Shown here in pieces: positions 9,001 to 16,100 of a stretch of DNA of 20,000 nucleotides; position 1 is the first letter of the stretch, and each line of letters opens with the position of its first letter. The translations under genes were made by a program, and so were the position numbers. The notes beneath the pieces are model-generated. The model had not been told where the DNA came from. It saw only the letters and a program-made list of their open reading frames with translations, and made no database searches. The stretch is taken from assembly GCA_001724265.1 (NCBI GenBank), contig MEDY01000030.1, forward strand, positions 108,595-128,594, read 5' to 3'. Source of the DNA: Rhizaria sp. SCN 62-66. Lineage: Eukaryota.

Positions 9001-11073
9001 AGCGACAACTTCTCTGACTCGTCATTCGCGACTAGTGAGAGCGCAAGCGGGTTCTCCAGCGCCACCGCCAGCGGTAGCGTTCCCGCTGACGCTGCTGATG
9101 CTGCTGCTGCAATTGCTGATGCTGATGCTGATGCGGAAGCTGCGGCGGCTCGTGCGCAAGCACTGGACGCGGCCGCCGCCGCGCACGCTGCGATGTCGAT
9201 GCAGAGGGACGATTTCGACGGTGTTGACACGACCACTCAGTCAGAGCCACTCCAGCAGCAGGTTAGCGGTGACGTTGATGACGCTGACGACGACGACGAC
9301 GACGACTTGCTGCTGGGCGTGCCGGGCTCTCTGTCCGCGTCAGCCTCGGCCTCGGTCGCCGCCGCCGCGGCGCGCTACCTGCCGCCCGGTTTGCTGTGGG
9401 CAGAGCTGGTGTCCGCGACCGTGGCTGCGTTGGACGTCAGCGTCGCTCCTACACTGCGCTGGCGCCCGCGCTACACGCTCACTGCTGCGGACGCGCCTGA
9501 CGAGCCTCTGGGCGACGCGTGCCCCGAAGCTCTCGCCGCCACGCACGCCGCGCGTGTCGCTGCTATCAACGACACGGCATCCGCGAAGAGCAGCCCTGCC
9601 GCGAGCATCGCCATGAGCGACACTCCCGCTAGCCTCCGTGCGAATATGAGCGCCACCACCGCCGCACCGCCGCTGCTGCTGCTGTTCGGCCTGATGCACC
9701 CGCTCGTGACGTCGATGCTCGAGCGCTCTGCCGCGGCGCCGCTGTGCCTCAAGTACCATTTCCGCCACCGCGCAGACATCGCGCCGCTTGCTGCCCGCGC
9801 GCGCGCTCTGTGCGAGGCCACCGGACTCGACGGCACGCTGCTGCGCGCGCTGGGCCTCGCGCCAGCGCAGCTCGAGGCCACACCCGAGCTGGCCGCAGTG
9901 CGCGCTGCGTTTGCGTCTACTCGCCGCGCGACACGGCTCGCGGCGGCCCTGCGCGCGCCCGCGGGCTCCGACCCCGCAGCGAGCCAGCTGCTGCTTGCGC
10001 CGACTTGGCACGACACGATGGCGGGCCGCGCGCAGCACGATCTGCCGCCCGTCGCCGGCGGCTGCGCGCGCGCTCAGGTGCTCTCGCGTCGCAAGCGCAC
10101 GAGCGCGCAGATGGGCTCGGCGCGCTACCTGGGCGCCAAGCGGCCCGCGCTGCGCGGCGACCTGTGGAGCGCGTCTGACGCCGAGGTGGCGGACTGGGCG
10201 ACGACGCGCTACGCCGGCGGTCTGTCGCGTGAAGACGCGGAGATGGCCGCGCTGCTCATCCCGGCCCCGCCGGAGCCCGTGGACGTGCATGCGGCGGCCA
10301 TCGCGGTCTCGCTGGCAGAGGCGGCGGGCGCGCCGGCGGCGGGCGCTGCTGCGGACGGCGGCGGCGGCGACGGCGACGGTGAGTCAGGCGCGGCGGGCGC
10401 GGGGCGCGATGGTGACGGTGCGGTGGCAGATGACGATGACGTCTCCGCGCCCACGGCCGGCGCTGCGGCGGCTGCTGCTGCGGCCGCTGCGGCGGCGTCT
10501 GCGGCGTCCGAGCACCGGCGCGACACGCGGTCCAAGGGCGCCGGCCGCGGCTCCGACGCGGTGGGCGGCGCTGATGACGGGTCATCTGGCGGTGTCGACA
10601 AGAAAAATCTCATCCCGATGTACCGCGAGATGAAGGAGGAGGCCGAGGCGGCGCGGCCGTGCGTGGGCCACTCTCCAATCCACGAGTGGGGTCTGTTCGC
10701 GGCGCATGACTACGAGCAGGACCAGATGATCATCGAGTATGTGGGCGAGATGATCCGCCAGAAGGTGGCCGACTCGCGCGAGAAGCGCTATGAGGCCGTT
10801 GATATCGACTCGTGCTATATGTTCCGCATCGATGCCGAGTGGATTGTTGACGCCACGAAGCAGGGCAATGCGTCGCGCTTTATCAACCACTCGTGTGACC
10901 CCAACTGCTACACACGACAGATCCAGGTCGATGGCGCCACGAAGATTGTTGTGTTTGCCAGCAGGTTTATCCCGCGTGGCATGGAGTTTACCTACGACTA
11001 TTGCTTCTCCAGTGAGGAGGAGCGCATTCAGTGCCACTGCGGCACCGCCAAGTGCTCTGGACGCCTCAATTAA
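1..11073 (+). CDS. Trithorax/MLL (KMT2/SET1-family) histone H3K4 methyltransferase, 5'-partial
   Basis: Frame 1 is open from base 1 to TAA at 11071-11073. The GTG 'start' at 55 is arbitrary because no stop lies upstream in the window. The C-terminus has SET (SPIHEWGLFA...IIEYVGEMIRQKVADSREKRY...RFINHSCDPNC...EFTYDY) and post-SET (CHCGTAKCSGRLN*). PHD fingers, a bromodomain, ePHD, FYRN/FYRC and a WIN motif occur in the order known for KMT2 proteins. Confidence 0.95.
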   Translation, partial: PGSASGDGEPTLVAGRDLVATELWQPKLRLNPAQEQTQYQVSWHLREWRFAGESLHLIPQLAYPRCPDCLACEHCGEPDEPEAMVTCDVCELRVHMQCLDPPLASRPPGGWICVDCVRCRSCNQSTSNRYAAPEELVYRALGRAPPKRPAGGSRAGNANTVNAEVAANSAKDRREAEAAAVELGFAKANRNKKIVHHADDDAPHGSKMRSSPRASKHLAAHVDGAMASASRSLFQAAHQRTSRARKPATVESGVPVLELLAREAALELSHPMLAARAGLPRPLVSALAIADALGLTIESMIPDKVRLPVMPEAPRAVVHLLVEEEATAQALAAAKVSANAAQAAAAAEHSERLASAASAASASAASAAVTDATAAAPEIATETDSTATAAAAAVAGPVPATESDVTTAMTDTDPSTIPDSASSASTTASTVPASTSATASATNAAGAASTTGAATTSMAEDEELAMRLAAEEAEGLGPAAAARRRAAAVRLDQLRSAAEAADEEASRKLVAPSVWLKIMYATCPFLQTPMLSLSALITRNFVPPVTPVSVLDATEYAEALREHRLQHRRDRPPLPYRPTTSRKSQVRRNGLFASYAELSDEEEAERVASRLQARAAATAPPPPLVWHAPPRPQEAAQTAFRAISKVLTALFSPQSPEGPDAPVRPVLVARDYLTLVRAQLQRHAVSSHWRVLGARPDDVPVWKFDYTMCYECGVRCDQNWSCPLCDKVWFEDEPEPMIECDTCQRWVHVKCDGMTGDVFEEAASDTVRYQCPECVNHKKTDLLLEVLDRLAALDRMGYFLSPITDDDAQGYSSVIKVPMDFSAIRAKLVELQYSSVDAFKHDLNLVWRNARDYNGLNSVVCKFAARLQQAAVEPINAVELRFRKRNETLAPAAGPGAGGRLQISSSAGGAAAPTTVATTGADSSASAATVTLVTDATGAAGEATEAAAEANDAAVSGSDAANAAASASAASGASDALNGASATGRDGANNNAKHATGLQSGLSSMVPSIRSRFLPAVGSIIAHAAAADVRAPSGNVHTSALAVWGVEQPPVSAAAAAAHRAASSLENEESMRAGSAAAMALAAVTAAAFHSSAMPLYSLSTEAPGLVEALALSRGAPTTAAALALTFAAQSGAHCGVDACALCQSTGDTEHMLACAVCAMAVHVFCVLPGVTMNSISPEAAAAFRCPACATCTGCNAPGSIGSVHTEQAENVGQQLFYCQGCLGAWHPMRCAGRRQLHEANGFRCPDCMRCRSCQFPMAGRFSYSQQRDICATCERLDVIGLVCPICDKGWVGRPDASTHRMLNCDRCSRWVHADCEGVSADTHTKWAADPWRRYTCPHCRAGDEACAGTSLAIAYNDGATRGVGSWGQRRATLLHTAVQGTRPTQNTSWWWRQPPVAATVGADCGSRCIRNAAVTAIAELPPLPHTTHLSAAPTFSLWATAHAVGPAVAPVPLWVLSAALGDAADSARTPMGLTKAALDAVFTLQRGGADGANDNNSGNKNSLLSRLSAQHGLAPHIPASGASADAFVADALAAGLLALNGSPAAQSPASAAMLLRGLSATIASAAPASAVSAAFASDALTTHRATLSVAEAVAAPAAVAQCGARVSLSLAPEAAAFISAVAAYASSAPAAAALVAAARKPALLLAAPAWRARRFHEPPTDFANSLPEHIALMALNEPPPVVLTAPKRQSGSEAAEPDTEAALELDTDAARLAAATAAAEETGPDGRPKRAQRSRGRKSEAQRLLERSEAELIFKRGSESDAVPAASSTQLSASARAAAALSALSEQGLTAAAAAAAGSGTAGAGTVALHAAATAAALVQAVERAQAQRRRVRRRTLLDVQRCSRAAATVGDFGFGHPPPGPSVMLTGGSDCDDDAALWSLVHSSYAAAGSEAGAMGDCAEPEVQLGALGVTALRPLLVYGEHGFSVVDGQEYATAQPGASGSQLPSAGIPRGRVRSSLSGEARVTAPRIFKRQLAKTEDLDGFLVLAPRTPGMLPWVPLTSHCDLTGGVADTGALRRFDISGPTPSLAPVRFFAPAAPAAGRGVGKLAGIKVRAASFGARAPVAVSAKRAAECAAVPEMLSATLRTALARLPPADRAAARAGLNGCTGAYKHSHCNSTAKTTEREREPEPTSASIVASATAESEPTWQAESSDAMAWFLRVATSVPALSAAAAPALGREALLPHVPLPPAPHALKADTRTCLFCRGRENAHPPGVHSTASPGRLLSVGSVPSALYASALETAEFPAAPGPADALQSTAAMATRSPLLALPAGARAAMATLLQCPTSAYTTLPGWAHAQCLVWATGVQERFIEATTAHGKITAATPGAVDTAVLSDASGNVNAADAAGVAGAATLATAAAAAAAGGAGDAAAPAGEEGAAVPLEDVLMFETLPWGAPPPPMPEAAQYSPLMHRALARVHNLMVGRRRPQGSLRTPNQLVRGLWVLVGVPPLLLAAAGRLCDCCARPGASLLCAGTTSAAPIAQFAACGCAAHFGCAVAAGWEFLGVRRVHCPAHRPHPVGSLSALAQSQLTPAVARRVVVQEAWAVLGDEAGAGADIATPLTARLVATRSPAVAPSAANDGEGEDGDADDAPVPRATARRGRGPGVTRISLRERDRDGRRAIVRMAAALVNALGPDSILPPLAAVLGAACVDRPVSEDSVRAALATPGAGSARRLFALIGASWTACPPVPIMRGAPPLWTPQTTAELRRRAAEMLMNVTSVDDARAANAAAVTAAAASVAVSALSPSSPNNASNMPGGTGATALAPVSTLLHLGGATVHRLGELLPLLPAFHSPARLVPFGFAATRRMWSFRTPRRRVVYAFTVGAEVDAPAMAAAEAALLALRSTSSWREMLEAWREDEARALAEVHLTSWRRAGARDDPMLGLIGYQGTQYRSTTASLAGRVRDRLAVIGAVPLVAVSTDPAVLARVADAAGAYLAAVAGQVQTHCEVEEAAAVEAAKLAAEAAKAAAEAAEKAAAEKAARLAAAAERAAAAAASSSSDNFSDSSFATSESASGFSSATASGSVPADAADAAAAIADADADAEAAAARAQALDAAAAAHAAMSMQRDDFDGVDTTTQSEPLQQQVSGDVDDADDDDDDDLLLGVPGSLSASASASVAAAAARYLPPGLLWAELVSATVAALDVSVAPTLRWRPRYTLTAADAPDEPLGDACPEALAATHAARVAAINDTASAKSSPAASIAMSDTPASLRANMSATTAAPPLLLLFGLMHPLVTSMLERSAAAPLCLKYHFRHRADIAPLAARARALCEATGLDGTLLRALGLAPAQLEATPELAAVRAAFASTRRATRLAAALRAPAGSDPAASQLLLAPTWHDTMAGRAQHDLPPVAGGCARAQVLSRRKRTSAQMGSARYLGAKRPALRGDLWSASDAEVADWATTRYAGGLSREDAEMAALLIPAPPEPVDVHAAAIAVSLAEAAGAPAAGAAADGGGGDGDGESGAAGAGRDGDGAVADDDDVSAPTAGAAAAAAAAAAAASAASEHRRDTRSKGAGRGSDAVGGADDGSSGGVDKKNLIPMYREMKEEAEAARPCVGHSPIHEWGLFAAHDYEQDQMIIEYVGEMIRQKVADSREKRYEAVDIDSCYMFRIDAEWIVDATKQGNASRFINHSCDPNCYTRQIQVDGATKIVVFASRFIPRGMEFTYDYCFSSEEERIQCHCGTAKCSGRLN
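193..2322 (+). other. First PHD cluster: tail of an upstream PHD, PHD (214-348), split C4 zinc knuckle (355-366 and 2125-2136), MLL-PHD3-like finger (2164-2322)
   Basis: Cys4-His-Cys3 patterns CEHC...CDVCELRVHMQC...WICVDC and CPLCDK...MIECDTCQRWVHVKC...YQCPEC. The sequence WICVDCVRCRSC ... WKFDYTMCYEC resembles the PHD2-PHD3 junction of MLL1-type proteins. Confidence 0.85.
2344..2640 (+). other. Bromodomain within the KMT2-like protein
   Basis: YFLSPI...GYSSVIKVPMDFSAIRAKL...QYSSVDAFKHDLNLVWRNARDYN matches the bromodomain ZA-loop PMD motif and the conserved NA..YN motif. Confidence 0.9.
3418..4020 (+). other. Second PHD cluster (three PHD fingers plus a C4 knuckle)
   Basis: CALC...CAVCAMAVHVFC...FRCPAC; CTGC...CQGCLGAWHPMRC...FRCPDC; CRSC...CATC; CPICDK...CDRCSRWVHADC...YTCPHC. 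Confidence 0.85.
6607..7545 (+). other. Extended PHD (ePHD, C2HC pre-PHD plus PHD), fragmented by insertions
   Basis: Segments DTRTCLFC...GRLL, then GWAHAQCLVWATGV.E, then CDCCARPGASLLC...CAAHFGCA...VHCPAH follow the KMT2 ePHD motif order. Confidence 0.8.
8314..9768 (+). other. FYRN (8314-8475) and a fragmented FYRC (about 9457-9535 and 9679-9768)
   Basis: LHLGGATVHRLGEL...FHSPARLVPFGFAATRRMWS...RRVVYAFTV is FYRN-like. PRYTLTAADAP and LFGLMHPLVTSMLE...CLKYHF are FYRC-like. Confidence 0.75.
10057..10080 (+). other. WDR5-interaction (WIN) motif, GGCARAQV
   Basis: Matches the G[CS]AR[AST]E-type WIN motif and lies between FYRC and SET, as in KMT2 proteins. Confidence 0.75.
10660..11070 (+). other. 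SET and post-SET catalytic domain
   Basis: Contains the WGLFA, EYVGE, RFINHSCDPN and EFTYDY motifs and the post-SET CxC-x4-C. Confidence 0.97.
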
Positions 11074-11428
11074 ACACGGGTGGAAGATCAAACGAAACAA
11101 TTGACTGCAACTCATAACTTGAATTAGATAGCTTTGCTAGTTTAAAGAGATAATTACTACATGTGATAGGATAGATGGAAAGAAAGCAATAACGAAATAC
11201 AAAGGTTTTTATTACAAACAAGAGATACGCGTGAACGCGCAACCACAATTACGAAATGAACTCTGCTCACGATGATAAGACGACCCTACGTCGCATCATG
11301 AACGTATTCTGATGCTGATGAACAGATCGGGCACGCGCGTAATTTAAATAAAGGCCATACCACACTCGAAGCAAAGTGTGTGAACAATATTCGGTCGGTC
11401 AGAGCAACGAGCAATGCTATTTCCAAGT

Positions 11429-12839
11429 TCAAGTTGCGCCGCCGTCAAGCGCGATGACCTGGCCCGTAATAAAGGCAGAGCCGGGTGACGCAAGCCACGC
11501 GCACAGAGCAGCAACCTCACCGGGCGTGCCAGTGCGACCTGCTGCAGACCGCGCGATGACTTCGTCGCGGCGGGCCGCGGACAAGGCTGAGAAGAGTGAC
11601 GAAACACAGTAGAGAGTGAAGAAACACGTTGAAAATACAGCGAACGACAACAACCAACTTTTAAAACACACGGAAGCAACGTTGAAATAATGGAGCTATG
11701 TTAACCCGTCTTGTAAAATATTCGTTTACGCAGTAGGTAATATCTTCTCATGAGGATGTTTGGAGACGTACTTTTGCTGGTCATTTCAGTCTCGATGAAG
11801 CCGGGCGCAATCATGTTGACCGTCACAGAGTTGCCGCGGAAGGTCGCAACTTCCTTTGCAAGCGACTTAGTAAAGCCCACTGCACGTAGACGTATACAAA
11901 CAATGCAGCGAGATATGATAATCATTGTCGAAGAGAGTTGGTTAGTGTGGTTGTCGAAGAGAGTTGGTTAGTGTGATTTCATTCATTCAATCTTTGTCCA
12001 AACGCGCTCGACTCATTATCATCACCAGGTTTAAAGAAAGCAGAAAACATATCGCACATGTCGTCATGTGAACCAAAAAGCGGATTGAGCGTACCCATTG
12101 CGGACTTGGTGGCCGCGTAAAGCGTGAGCCCCGCCGCGCCCTGCGTGCCAACGATACTGCCGAACGTCACCACACGCAGATAATCACTCTCCGCACCGTT
12201 GCCTTTAGGTGCGTGCTTTAGCATCAGTTTCGCCGCGCTCATGGCGCCGCCCACGTTAACGCGGAAGGCATCGGTCACGGTCGCGGGCGCAGTGCGCAAC
12301 AACAGGCCCTGGGGGCAGACGCCGGCGCAGGCGTAGAGCTGAGACGCCGGGGCCGGGAACAGCGTGGGAAGCGCGCGGAAAACGCTCTCCAGTGCGGCCT
12401 CGTCACCCACGTCGCAGACAAACGGCGCGACAAGCTGTTGTAGCTCTGGCACAGCGGTGGAGTCCGAGGCAGCGGCTGGCGCGGGCGCTGAGGCAGCGAC
12501 GGTAGCGGTGGCGGCTGCGGTGGCGGTCATGGGGTCGCGGAACGACGCTGCAGGATGCGCAGGGGAAAGCGCAGCAATAGCTTTAGCGCAAGACTCGTTG
12601 GTGCTCGCAAGAAGCGCGACGTTGGCGCCGAGCGACAGCATTTGGTGCGCGATGGCGAGGCCGATGCCGCGTGTGCCGCCGGTGACCACGATGGTTTTGC
12701 CGCGGAGCAGCGTCGGGGACGGCAGAGAGGGCAGTGCGGGCAGCATGGGCACAGAAGATGCCGCACTTGATAGAGGTGCGGCGCATTGCGATAAAACACG
12801 GCGCACAGAGCGCGCAGACCGCAGAGCGGAGCGCAGCAT
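11429..12839 (-). CDS. Short-chain dehydrogenase/reductase, 3-oxoacyl-ACP reductase-like (FabG/CBR4/OAR1 type), probably mitochondrial. Exons 12839-12095, 11879-11772, 11586-11429 (336 aa)
   Basis: Rossmann motif TGGTRGIG, catalytic Ser (GSIVG) and YAATK. Splicing two GT-AG introns gives a continuous YAATKSAMVGFTKSLAKEV...VTVNMIAPGFIETEMTSKTLSAARRDEVI...GRTGTPGEVA...AFITGQVIALDGGAT*. The exons total 1011 nt, divisible by 3. The N-terminus MLRSALRSARSVRRVLS is Arg/Ser/Ala-rich with no acidic residues, typical of a mitochondrial presequence. Confidence 0.92.
11587..11771 (-). other. Spliceosomal intron 2 of the SDR gene (185 nt, phase 1)
   Basis: Donor A|GTACGT at 11771 and a pyrimidine-rich acceptor CTCTTCTCAG| at 11587. 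It is AT-rich, and splicing restores the frame into the conserved SDR C-terminus. Confidence 0.88.
11880..12094 (-). other. Spliceosomal intron 1 of the SDR gene (215 nt, phase 1)
   Basis: Donor G|GTACGC at 12094 and acceptor TGCAG| at 11880. It is AT-rich and has CACTAAC branch-point motifs with no other AG between them and the acceptor. Splicing restores conserved SDR sequence. Confidence 0.9.
11925..11975. repeat. Tandem duplication, 2 x 25 nt (TTGTCGAAGAGAGTTGGTTAGTGTG, period 26)
   Basis: Exact copies at 11925-11949 and 11951-11975, inside SDR intron 1. Confidence 0.95.
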
Positions 12840-13166
12840 GGGGATTGGAGTGGGGCTCTGGGCCAACTGAAGCGGAGAAAAGTTGAGGTCGTTTGCAGGA
12901 GTGTGATCGTCAAGTGAGTTTAGATTAAAATGCGGTGCCTTAAAATAATTATTTATATACTATTCATTAATTATATATTCTAAAACCCCTTTAGACACCC
13001 ACATTGCTCACTTTCTCCGTCTTCGATTCCTGTTCGTTGTGACCGTTAGACCTCCTTGGCTCGCGCTTTGGTTACCTCTTGATATCAAGTTGCATTCAAG
13101 GGTTTTCTCTTCAAGGCTGGTTTATCTGGGTTTTAACAAGTGGTTTACGTTAGATACCGAAATATT
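12840..13166. promoter_or_regulatory. Short divergent (bidirectional) promoter region with an AT-rich, TATA-like core at about 12940-12985
   Basis: 327 nt separate two head-to-head start codons (12839 on -, 13167 on +). The central tract TAAAATAATTATTTATATACTATTCATTAATTATATATTCTAAAA stands out against GC-rich flanks. Confidence 0.6.
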
Positions 13167-16100
13167 ATGTCGTACTCCCGCGACGGCGCGCAGTTCCAGA
13201 CACCGCGCGGCCCCGCCCCTGCCGTCGATCCAGATCTCACCCGCGGCTACGCTTCCTCCGCTCCTCCACGCGAACACACGAACCCATTCCACAGTCTTTC
13301 CCAGCGCGCCCACGCCGCGCCTTTTGACGGTTTGCGCGAGGCTACCCATTTATTGACGCCAATTCCTGCTGTCAGGCCTCCCGCGATGACTCCCCTCCGC
13401 TCTCCTTTCTCCGGCCCCGCGCCCGCGCCTCAGCCCGCGGTCGCTTCCAACTCTGCTACGAGCGCGAGATACGGCGTCCCCGCGGCCGTCCCGCTGCCTT
13501 TTAGTCTGCAACCGCGCCCTGCAGCAGTGAGCGCGCCCCAGAGCCACAGTAGCACGCACGGTCCAATGCACACCTCGACCATCAACACAAGCAGCAGCGC
13601 AGCAGCAGCTAACACGACGTCACACGCGGCCAGTGGCTCTCTGCTCGACGCACAGCTCTCTCATGCGCGCGCTGTGACGGCCGTCTCCGCGCCCGTCTGG
13701 CCGCCGCTGCCGCCGGCGCTGGCAGACGCCGCCACAGCCGCGCTTGCCACTAAAACATCGTACATCGATGTCCGCACGATGTCGCCCCCGCCACCCTCTC
13801 GAAACGCCCACGGATACGGTAACACGAGTGTTGATTACGGTGTTGCTAACAGTGGGCGCGGAGGGGTTGCGGCCGCAGCTGCAGCGGCGCGCGCATCGCG
13901 GATTGCGGCAGAGTCATCGTTCTCCGCAGTCTCCGCCGCTGCCACTGCAACGCCCTATACTCACATCCACAATCACAGTCAGGCTTATGGACACAGCGCT
14001 GGTTCCAACCGCGCTACCGGCATCAACGCGGTTCCGTTGCTGCAGCCAGTGCCTGTGCCGGCGAGTCTCGCTGTTCACAGTCCCGCAACGCACAGCAGTT
14101 ATCACAACCTCAACGCACTCAACGCGAGCGTCTTGAACACTAGCGCCAGCGCCGCCGTCGCCATCGCTGCCAGCGCCGGCGCAGCCGACGCACACGCGGT
14201 CAGCGAGACTCTGCGCCACTCGGCGTCGCTCTCGTATGCGAACTCGGCAGCGGTGGCTGAGGCGCTGGCGGCTCTGCAGGCGCGGGCGCTAGCTGCCGAG
14301 GCTGAGGCCGCGCGGGTCCGGGGCGAGTCCCTTCGTGCCGCGGCCGCCGCCGAGCGCGCGCGCGCCGCGTGGGAGGACCGCCTTGCCGCGGCGGCGCGGG
14401 AGCGAGACTCGGCGCGGTTGGAGCAGGAACAGACGGCTAAACGGCTCGAGCAGACCGAGGCAGCGCTCGCGCAGCGCAGTGCGGAGGCGGCGGCGGCGGA
14501 GGCGGCGGCGCGCGCGCGGGGGCGCGCAGACGCGGCCGCTGCGGGCGACGCCGCGCGCGCCGCTGCGGCGGCGGAGGTGGCCACCGTTGAGGCCGCCGCG
14601 CGCGCCGAGGCCGCCGCCGCCGCGGACGCGCACAAGACCGCCGCGGCGGCCGCGGGGGAGACGGTCCGCCGTCAGGCCGGGCAGATGCGCGAGCTCGAGG
14701 CCGCCGTGCTGCGGCTGGAGAGGGAGGCCGTGGCTGTGCGCGCTGAACGCGACCAGATCGCCGCGGAGGCTGCCTTCCTGCTGGAAGAAAAGACGCGTGA
14801 AGCGGAGCGCGCGGCGGCGGAGGTCGGCGCACTGGCTCCGGCGCGGGACGAGGCTGCCGCACTGCGTCGCGCGGGGGCTGAGGCTGCGCGTGAGGCTGCA
14901 GCGGCGCGGGCTGACGCCGCGGCGGCGCGCGCCGAGGCTGCGGCTGCCATCGACGCCCGTGACCGCGCCGCTGCCGCCGCTGCGGACGAGCTGGCTGCGG
15001 CAGACGCGGCGGCGGCGGCGGAGCGCGAGCGCGCGCGGGCCGACTGGCACCGCGAACGCGCCGCGCTGACCGCTGCGCTGGAGCGGGAGCGCGCGCGGTG
15101 GGACGAGGCCTGGCAGCGCACACGCGAGACCGCCGCGGAGGACGCGCGGCGTGAGCTCGCTCTGGCGGAGGCTGCGGCGGCGCGGGAGGTAGCCGCAGCC
15201 AAGGCCGCGGTCGAGCGCGAGCGCGCGCGCGCTGAGGAGCGCGTGGCATCACTGGCAGACGCGCTGGCCGCTGAGGCCGAGAGCGGAGCAGAGCAGGTGG
15301 CCGCGCTTGAGGAGAAGCTCCGGCGCGCGCTCGCGGCCGCGGCGCAGCACAGACAGGGCGTGTGCCGTTGTGTGTGCCAGACTGGCGACGGTGTGCCCTG
15401 CAGTGCGGTTGCGGCGGGCCAGGACCGCGTTCTTGTCAACTTCGTCTCTGACACGGATCATAACGCAAGTAATATGAACAACAATCAACATAACGCCACC
15501 GTTGACAATGTAACTGTTTCTCACAATGCTATTGCTGCTAAGCGTGGTGATACATCGGCACCGGCGACGCCACGTAGCTTTGCACGCGGCTTGCCTCCTG
15601 TGGAGTCGTCACCGGCCGCTGGAGCGCGTGGGACGCCTCTCAGGCACTCTTCTTCTGTCACCGGGATGCAACAGGGAAGCAGGGGCGCGACGCCGGCGCG
15701 CAAGTGGGTGCTGATCAGTCCCGCTACGACTGCGGCCGCGTCCGCTACTTCAGCTGGTGCTGCTGCTGCTGCCGCTCCTACACACGAGTCTGCCACAGTG
15801 GTCGATGCAGACAACGATCATCACAATGACGAAGAGCAGAGCCAGGGAGACCGTGAGCAAGGCGACCGCGAGAAGAGCCGTGCAGGCGACTCTGTTGTAC
15901 GCGCGTTGGATGCGATGCTTCACGATGCGTCGCTCACCACGCTCACCGCAACTGCTCCTGCACAGGGTGGAGTGGCTTTACACAGGGATATCCATGGCGA
16001 GAATGCGACAGCTACTTCGGCGAATCACAGTCACAAGGGCTCTGAGGTGTCTTACACCGGGCACTTTGCACAGTCTCCGTCGCACTCGCGCTTCTTTGCA

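Noticed and set aside
11979-12094. ORF-track C-terminus of the SDR (GTLNPLFGSH...QRLNE)
   Set aside because: This is read-through into intron 1. The conserved SDR sequence resumes at 11879.
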